Origin: Promethearchaeota archaeon
Lineage (GTDB): Archaea; Asgardarchaeota; Lokiarchaeia; Sigyniarchaeales; SOKP01
Length of the DNA stretch: 14,880 nt
Assembly (NCBI GenBank): GCA_048940645.1
Contig: JBHLOI010000075.1
Span: forward strand, 1 to 14,880
Direction of reading: 5' to 3'
Shown here: in pieces, positions 9,271 through 14,880 of the stretch
Numbering within the stretch: position 1 is the stretch's first letter
Layout of the letters: each line of letters begins with the position of its first letter
Program-made: the position numbers and the translations under genes
The notes under the pieces: model-generated
The model's input: only the letters and a program-made list of their open reading frames with translations
Told to the model about the DNA's origin: nothing
The model's database searches: none

Positions 9271-10137
9271 ATGAATACAGAATTTATTAATGAAAATGAT
9301 TTAGTATTTTTAGTCTTTGATGAGAGAAGAAAATGGTTAATCAAAGCAAAATCAGGAGAAGAATTTCATACTGATCGGGGAATTATTTATTTTGATGATA
9401 TTATAGGTAAACCTTACGGGTCTGTAATATTTTCAAAACCCCATGAAACCCAAGGATATAAATTCTGTGTATTACAACCTTTACCTTCAGATTATATTCT
9501 TCATATGAAACGAAAAACACAGATAATCTATCCAGAAGATGCTGGTTTAATTTTAATCTATACAGGGATAAGTCCCGGGAGTAAAGTGATCGAGGCTGGA
9601 TGCGGCTCAGGAGCATTAACGTGTATTCTCGCTAACTATATACAACCAGATGGCTATATTTATTCCTATGATATCAGCCAAAAAAATATCAAAAGGACTC
9701 TTAAAAATCTTAAAAAGGCAGGATTACAACGTTTTGCTACTGTGCAATATGCTGATATCACAAATGATAATTTGGAACATAATAATATAGATTCTGTTGT
9801 CTTGGATATGCCACAACCTTGGAAAGCTATTGAACATGTGGATCATTATCTCAAATTAAGTGGAACTATTGTTTCATTTTCCCCAACTATAGAACAAGTG
9901 AAAAAAACTACATTATCACTTAAAATTCATGGATTTTTTGATATTAACACATATGAACTAATCAAAAGAAAAATCCAAGTAAAAGAGAATGCTACGAGGC
10001 CATTCACGAGGATGGTTGGACACACAGGTTATATGACTTTCGCTCGAAAAATTCAAGATCTTCAAAATCCTTATCGGGAAAAACAGCCTTTTAAGAAGGA
10101 GTATCTAAATCTTAACGGAATGCCATTAAGGGGATGA
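9271..10137 (+). CDS. trmI: tRNA (adenine-N1)-methyltransferase, m1A57/58 (TrmI/Gcd14 family)
   Basis: FHTDRG, MKRKTQIIYPEDAG, SAM motif VIEAGCGSGALT, VLDMPQPW, FSPTIEQV, VGHTGYMTFARK. Confidence 0.95.
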   Translation: MNTEFINENDLVFLVFDERRKWLIKAKSGEEFHTDRGIIYFDDIIGKPYGSVIFSKPHETQGYKFCVLQPLPSDYILHMKRKTQIIYPEDAGLILIYTGISPGSKVIEAGCGSGALTCILANYIQPDGYIYSYDISQKNIKRTLKNLKKAGLQRFATVQYADITNDNLEHNNIDSVVLDMPQPWKAIEHVDHYLKLSGTIVSFSPTIEQVKKTTLSLKIHGFFDINTYELIKRKIQVKENATRPFTRMVGHTGYMTFARKIQDLQNPYREKQPFKKEYLNLNGMPLRG

Positions 10138-10143
10138 CTTTTC

Positions 10144-10482
10144 ATGGAAATTGAATATAAAGAGTTTTTAAAATTAGATATTAGAGTAGGCTTGGTTAAA
10201 AATTGTGAGAAAATTGAAAATTCAAAAAATCTGTACAAGCTTCAAGTAGACTGTGGAGATATTGGAATAAGACAAATATTAACTGGTATAGCAAGTTATT
10301 ATTCACCTGATGAATTGATAAACGAGAAAATAGTAGTTTTAGCAAATTTGAAATCAAGAAAGATAATGGGATTTGAAAGTCAGGGGATGTTATTAGCAGC
10401 TGATTTTGATAATGAGCCATTTTTATTGAAGATTGATGAACGAAAGGGAAAAATAATAACTCCTGGGAGTAAGATTAAATAA
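10144..10482 (+). CDS. Stand-alone tRNA-binding OB-fold protein (Trbp111/CsaA/MetRS C-terminal-like)
   Basis: FLKLDIRVG, LYKLQVDCG, RQILTGI, VVLANLKSRKIMGFESQGMLLAA, PGSKIK. Confidence 0.92.
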   Translation: MEIEYKEFLKLDIRVGLVKNCEKIENSKNLYKLQVDCGDIGIRQILTGIASYYSPDELINEKIVVLANLKSRKIMGFESQGMLLAADFDNEPFLLKIDERKGKIITPGSKIK

Positions 10483-10902
10483 TCAAAATCCTTTTAATTT
10501 TACACCCGTTTGGAACTCTTTCTTTTTCTTAAATCTTTCTGTTTTGAAGTAGTTTCTTTTTTTCTCAGGTAAAATATTAATATACTTCCGTAAAATGTCT
10601 TCTACAAATTCTCTTGTAGCTTTATTAGGGATTTTATTAGGATCGCTTAAATGTGCTAATATTTCTTTATCTTTTGAATCTGGAGAAAGACCTAAATTCT
10701 TAATCGGTATATGGAATGAATGAATAAACCATCCAGTTTTTTTCGCATCATGAGCAATCACTCTCAATATATTTTCTGGTTCTTTTCGAATTTTAATATC
10801 AAGTAATTTTCTTGCTGAACGAACTAGTATTGTTGCGTAGATAGGAATATTATTTTTTGGGTTATGGATTTTTTTATAAAATTCTTTTAATCTTTCACTC
10901 AT
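10483..10902 (-). CDS. Hypothetical basic protein, 139 aa
   Basis: ATG-initiated ORF filling the gap exactly, with its stop codon abutting that of the convergent gene; no family recognised. Confidence 0.75.
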   Translation of the reverse strand: MSERLKEFYKKIHNPKNNIPIYATILVRSARKLLDIKIRKEPENILRVIAHDAKKTGWFIHSFHIPIKNLGLSPDSKDKEILAHLSDPNKIPNKATREFVEDILRKYINILPEKKRNYFKTERFKKKKEFQTGVKLKGF

Positions 10903-11004
10903 ATTGATTCAGAATAAAAAAGATATATTTGTAGCTTTAAAATAATCTAATTAAGAATATTAAATAAACTTACCATTTATCCTTAGCATTAAGAATCTGA
11001 TAAT

Positions 11005-11028
11005 TCTTTAAATACTAGTATTAAAAGA
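11005..11028. promoter_or_regulatory. 24-bp imperfect palindrome, candidate operator between divergent genes
   Basis: TCTTT-A-AATACTAGTATT-A-AAAGA; 11 of 12 symmetric positions complementary, centred in the 197-bp divergent intergenic region. Confidence 0.4.
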
Positions 11029-11099
11029 TTTCTTAAAATTATTTTTTTATTCTACATTATTTACATCAAAATTAAATTCTTATCTTCAAAAAGGTAAAA

Positions 11100-11522
11100 A
11101 TGCCAGTCCAATTAAAAAGTTTTGAAATAAATACGAAACCATACTGTGATGTAATAGATATTACATCTCAAGTTAAAACTATAATTAAAGAAAGTCATAT
11201 AAATACGGGAATAGTGAATGTACATATCGCAGGTTCTACGGGTGCGATAACTACTACTGAATATGAACCAGGCTTAGTTAAGCACGATATTGAAGACCTT
11301 TTGGAAAAGATAACCCCCTATGAAAAAAACTATTATCATCATAAAACCTGGGGGGATCATAATGGTGCAGGTCATTTAAGAAGTTTTCTCCTTAAGACTT
11401 CTCAAACATTTCCATTTCAGAATAAAAAATTGATTTTGGGTACGTGGCAGCAAATAATCTTTTGTGAATTTGATGAAAAACCTCGATATCGAAGAGTGTA
11501 TTGTCAGATAATTGGAGAATAA
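11100..11522 (+). CDS. yjbQ: YjbQ/UPF0047 family protein (secondary thiamine-phosphate synthase-like)
   Basis: DITSQV, GSTGAITTTEYEPGL, YHH...NGAGHLRS, LILGTWQQIIFCEFD motifs. Confidence 0.92.
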   Translation: MPVQLKSFEINTKPYCDVIDITSQVKTIIKESHINTGIVNVHIAGSTGAITTTEYEPGLVKHDIEDLLEKITPYEKNYYHHKTWGDHNGAGHLRSFLLKTSQTFPFQNKKLILGTWQQIIFCEFDEKPRYRRVYCQIIGE

Positions 11523-11538
11523 ATATTAATAAAAAATT

Positions 11539-11781
11539 CTATTTTTTTGTTAGCAGTTTGTTAAATTCATGGACCAACATATTATAAACATCTCTACGGC
11601 CTATGTCAATCATTTTTAGGATGGTATAATGACAATCTTGGATTTTATTTTTAAAGAGTGGTATCTTCCTTACAACCTTATCAAATGTATTCTTTTGATT
11701 AATCTGATGATGTAAAAATTCCAAAAATTTACTTTCTTCCTCAACCAATTCATTCAAAAATTTCCTTTCTTCTTCAATCAA
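11539..11781 (-). CDS. Small helical hypothetical protein, 80 aa
   Basis: TTG-start ORF occupying an otherwise empty gap; an in-frame TAA immediately upstream means it cannot extend further. No family recognised. Confidence 0.55.
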   Translation of the reverse strand: MIEEERKFLNELVEEESKFLEFLHHQINQKNTFDKVVRKIPLFKNKIQDCHYTILKMIDIGRRDVYNMLVHEFNKLLTKK

Positions 11782-11835
11782 TTAATTCAACTTTGAAAGT
11801 TATTTTGAAAATATAAAAATCATTTTCAATTAAAA

Positions 11836-11945
11836 ATAGAAATATTATCCTTAAGTCATAGAAATATTATCCTTAAGTTATAGAAATGTTATTCTTAAGG
11901 TACAACAATATTATTCTAAAAATATTGGAATATTATTTTAAATTC
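11836..11945. repeat. Non-coding tandem direct repeat, 5 x 22 bp, progressively degenerate
   Basis: Units: ATAGAAATATTATCCTTAAGTC / ATAGAAATATTATCCTTAAGTT / ATAGAAATGTTATTCTTAAGGT / ACAACAATATTATTCTAAAAAT / ATTGGAATATTATTTTAAATTC, in exact 22-nt register without indels. The first three units are unambiguous. Confidence 0.85.
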
Positions 11946-12072
11946 CTTTGGATTCAGATAAGGTTAAAAATGATGATTTTCACTTTCTAATAAATATTTG
12001 TTGTTTGGTATTATAGCTGTCTTACATTTCTAAAATTCACGTGAATAACTCATATAAAGAACTGAACAAACT

Positions 12073-13002
12073 ATGGAAAAATTAATTAAAATTATTGTGT
12101 CAGGTTTGGATAATGCAGGTAAAACTTCCATTTTAACAGCTTTAGATAAAAAATATGATTTTCACAAAGATATCATTTCTCTCACTCCAACAATCAGAGT
12201 AGAGTACCATGCCACATACTTTTTAAATCAAAAGGTAATTTTCTGGGATTGTGGTGGGCAAACTCAGTATCGAGAATTATATGAAAAGAAACAAGATATA
12301 TATTTTGATGGAACCGACTTGATGCTTTTCATTATAGATATTCAAGATAAGGAAAGATATGAAACGTCTCTTGAATATTTGGATATGATTTTGCAACATT
12401 TTAATCGTAATAAGATGGATGTTCCTCTTATAATTTCGTTTCATAAATTTGATCCCGAAATCAGAACTAATGGCGCTTATATTGAAGAAATTGAAAGTTT
12501 AAGAGAAAATATCCTTAAAAAATATTCGAATTTTAAAGTATTATTTCAGCAGACCTCTATATATGATTTAATTTCAATTGTGCAGCTTGTTTCTTATGGA
12601 TTATCAGTTTTTGATGAGAAATTTTTCGATTTATCAGAATTATTAGAAAATTATATCTACGAATTTAACTGTAAATCATTGATTTTATTTGATCGAAATG
12701 GAATTATTATTAGTGAATTTTATAACAGTGAAATAGAACCGGAATTCTATGTTGAATTACTAGAATCAATTAAAGAACACTTATTTTTACTTAAAAGAAT
12801 GCAACAGGAATCTTATGAAGCAGAAAATAACTTAACTACAGATAGCAGTGGATTATTATCATATTTACACAGGATAAAGATTGGTGAAGAATCCTTATTT
12901 ATTTCTGTGATTATTCAGGAAAAACATAAAGATCCATTTATGGAAAAATTTTCAGAGTTTTTAATAGAAATAAGAGATATTTTGACTCCCATTTTGGCTT
13001 AA
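12073..13002 (+). CDS. Asgard-type small GTPase (Arf/Rag-like) with C-terminal roadblock/longin-like domain
   Basis: G1 GLDNAGKT, G2 PTI, G3 WDCGGQ, G4 HKFD, G5 TSIY; about 130-aa C-terminal alpha/beta domain with 'SLILFDRNGIIISEF'. Confidence 0.9.
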   Translation: MEKLIKIIVSGLDNAGKTSILTALDKKYDFHKDIISLTPTIRVEYHATYFLNQKVIFWDCGGQTQYRELYEKKQDIYFDGTDLMLFIIDIQDKERYETSLEYLDMILQHFNRNKMDVPLIISFHKFDPEIRTNGAYIEEIESLRENILKKYSNFKVLFQQTSIYDLISIVQLVSYGLSVFDEKFFDLSELLENYIYEFNCKSLILFDRNGIIISEFYNSEIEPEFYVELLESIKEHLFLLKRMQQESYEAENNLTTDSSGLLSYLHRIKIGEESLFISVIIQEKHKDPFMEKFSEFLIEIRDILTPILA

Positions 13003-13020
13003 GAATTTAGAACTAAAAAT

Positions 13021-14130
13021 TTATTCAACTTTCAGGATTTCTTTTGCTTTATCAATTAATTTTTCTTTTTTCCTTTTATGTTCTTTTATAAATTTAAGCA
13101 CTTTTTCAACACATTCTTTTTTATGATCCCCGCACATTAACTCTCCACGTATACAATCCTGAAACGCCTCCTTTAATCTATCATCATTATCTTCGAAGTG
13201 ATACATTAATATTTTATATATCATGCACTTTTTAGGTTCTCCTCCTAATTGTCGTTGCTCCTCCTTATTTCGACGACCTCCTGTCAATGCACCCATAATC
13301 TTTCTTTCGATCGATTCCAAAGGTTCATTGAAGGTGAAATAACTATTTGGATTTCTCTTTGCCATTTTTTCGGATCCATCTATACCAGCCAATAAATAGT
13401 GATAAGTTGCCCCTGGTAAAAAGAAACCATTATAATATCTACGTGTGAGATCCCTTGTCAAACGAATATGTGGATCTTGATCAATCCCAACGGGTACAAC
13501 TGTAGGTTGAGGGCCATCAAGAATCTGTGGTAGGACGATATCACCTACTTGAACAAGTGCCGAAAGATATAATCCAAATGATTTTTCTCCATAAATTGCA
13601 TTCAACATATTTTGTGTAACTAGTCTACTTACTTTGAAACATACATCTTTTACAATAGGTTCTTCTGATTGCCTCCAAATATAAGCCTTCTTTGGATTAG
13701 GATCTAATCCTAATGCTAATAAATCTGCAATATTGTCAATTGCGAATCCCTCAGATTCTTCATATGTTAAACCATTGTCTTCCCATGTTTCAATATCTGC
13801 AATACCATAATACGCTTTACCGCCCATTTTTTGAAATTCAATAATCTCTAAAGCGGTTGTTGAGGTTCCAAGATGGAAAGGTCCAGATGGTTTGATTCCG
13901 CTCATTACTGCCCAAGGTTGTTTGGTTTCAACTGCTTTAAACACACTCTGAAGGTCTCGATGACCAAAAATGATTTTTCTCCTAATATATCGGTTTTTAA
14001 TAGCTTTTTGCCTTACTTTTTCATCAACTTCTTGAATTCCGAACTCCTTTATTAGTCTCACATAGTCTTCCTCTAATAAACTTGTTGTACCCCAAGGATC
14101 AATTAGTAATTCTTTGTTATGTTTTGGCAT
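13021..14130 (-). CDS. trpS: Tryptophan--tRNA ligase (archaeal type)
   Basis: IDPWG, DYVRLIKEFGI, RRKIIFGHRD, GIKPSGPFHLG, VPVGIDQDPHIRLTRD, ALTGGR...EEQRQLGGEP. Confidence 0.95.
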   Translation of the reverse strand: MPKHNKELLIDPWGTTSLLEEDYVRLIKEFGIQEVDEKVRQKAIKNRYIRRKIIFGHRDLQSVFKAVETKQPWAVMSGIKPSGPFHLGTSTTALEIIEFQKMGGKAYYGIADIETWEDNGLTYEESEGFAIDNIADLLALGLDPNPKKAYIWRQSEEPIVKDVCFKVSRLVTQNMLNAIYGEKSFGLYLSALVQVGDIVLPQILDGPQPTVVPVGIDQDPHIRLTRDLTRRYYNGFFLPGATYHYLLAGIDGSEKMAKRNPNSYFTFNEPLESIERKIMGALTGGRRNKEEQRQLGGEPKKCMIYKILMYHFEDNDDRLKEAFQDCIRGELMCGDHKKECVEKVLKFIKEHKRKKEKLIDKAKEILKVE

Positions 14131-14361
14131 TTTAATTTTAACTAAAAAAATTGATAATAATAATAAAAATAATAGAAAAATAAAAAATTTTGATATCTAT
14201 GGAGAAATTTTGTGATGATGAGTTTTTGAAAATGAAATATACTAGGTTATAAATTAAAGTATCTTCTTCTAAATTTCCTTACTATTATAACCCAAATTCC
14301 TTTTTCTTTACCAATTATAATCAGAACGTATATTTTATCTATTTAGGATTTATATCTTGTT

Positions 14362-14766
14362 ATGAAAAAAGAAAATGAGATTTCAGAAGAGGAATGGAAA
14401 AAGAAATTAAGTAAAGAACAATATTATGTGCTTCGCCAAAAAGGTACTGAAAAACCTTTTACGGGGAAATATTGGGAAAATCATGAAAATGGAACATATT
14501 ATTGTTCAGGTTGTGGGACGCCATTATTTGAGTCCGGAACTAAATTTGAATCTAAATCTGGTTGGCCTAGTTTTTTTGAACCAATCAATAATGAAAAGGT
14601 TATGAAAAAAAAAGATTTAACTCATGGAATGATACGTACGGAGGTTCTTTGTTCAAAATGTGGGGGTCATTTAGGGCATGTATTTAAGGATGGGCCTCAA
14701 CCAACAGGGGATAGATATTGTATAAATTCTATTTCTTTGGATTTTAAACCTAAAAAAGAAGAATAA
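14362..14766 (+). CDS. msrB: Peptide-methionine (R)-S-oxide reductase
   Basis: [10 protein letters not shown], two CxxC Zn motifs (CSGC, CSKC), [15 protein letters not shown], catalytic RYCINS. Confidence 0.97.
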   Translation: MKKENEISEEEWKKKLSKEQYYVLRQKGTEKPFTGKYWENHENGTYYCSGCGTPLFESGTKFESKSGWPSFFEPINNEKVMKKKDLTHGMIRTEVLCSKCGGHLGHVFKDGPQPTGDRYCINSISLDFKPKKEE

Positions 14767-14781
14767 TTGATCTTTTGAAAA

Positions 14782-14880
14782 TTACAATCCAATAATAGAT
14801 GATGAGTTTTTATATTCCTTTAATACCATATTAGAAATTGTTTTAGTGACATATTCTTTTTCATTCAATTCCCTAATAAA
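14782..14880 (-). CDS. Partial hypothetical protein (C-terminus only)
   Basis: Open frame from the window edge, ...FIRELNEKEYVTKTISNMVLKEYKNSSSIIGL*, with TAA at 14782-14784 convergent on msrB. Confidence 0.5.
   Translation of the reverse strand, partial: FIRELNEKEYVTKTISNMVLKEYKNSSSIIGL

Noticed and set aside
11836-11945. CRISPR array interpretation of the 22-bp repeats
   Set aside because: Units are contiguous with no unique spacers, and there are no cas genes in the window.
11970-12065. C/D-box sRNA (ATGATGA at 11970, CTGA at 12062)
   Set aside because: The span is too long for a typical archaeal C/D guide, there are no convincing C'/D' boxes, and the guides would be very AT-rich.
8444-14055. 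Antisense ORFs 8444-8674, 9401-9616, 10196-10420 and 13873-14055
   Set aside because: Fully nested opposite real genes; their composition reflects the reverse complement of the coding strand.
12073-14130. Functional amino-acid-sensing link between the Rag-like GTPase and the adjacent TrpRS
   Set aside because: The genes are convergent, not co-transcribed; adjacency alone is insufficient without synteny data.
14212-14280. C-box-like GTGATGATGA as a C/D sRNA or SECIS core
   Set aside because: No downstream CTGA D box or stable stem, and no in-frame Sec codon in msrB or trpS.

Overview
AT-rich archaeal chromosomal segment, most consistent with an Asgard archaeon (Lokiarchaeia-like). This placement is inferred from the archaeal-type Rpo3/eL18/uL13/uS9, TrpRS and GlyA together with an Arf/Rag-like small GTPase carrying a C-terminal roadblock/longin-like domain. 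Gene order: partial TPR-like ORF(-), Gfo/Idh/MocA oxidoreductase(-), aroC(-), aroA(+), rps9/rpl13/rpl18e/rpoD(-), glyA(-), archaeal coiled-coil protein(-), trmI(+), Trbp111/CsaA-type OB-fold protein(+), hypothetical(-), yjbQ(+), small hypothetical(-), a non-coding 5 x 22-bp tandem array, Rag/Arf-like GTPase(+), trpS(-), msrB(+), partial ORF(-). No tRNA, rRNA, CRISPR array or transposase was seen. The most notable observations are the 22-bp iteron-like array with one-sided decay upstream of the GTPase, the hybrid Arf/Rag motifs of the GTPase, two in-frame single-stop gene junctions (trmI-TGA-tRNA-binding domain and aroC-TAG-oxidoreductase), and a TrpRS with deviant HIGH/KMSKS motifs and a His-substituted Fe-S motif. 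No database searches were run.
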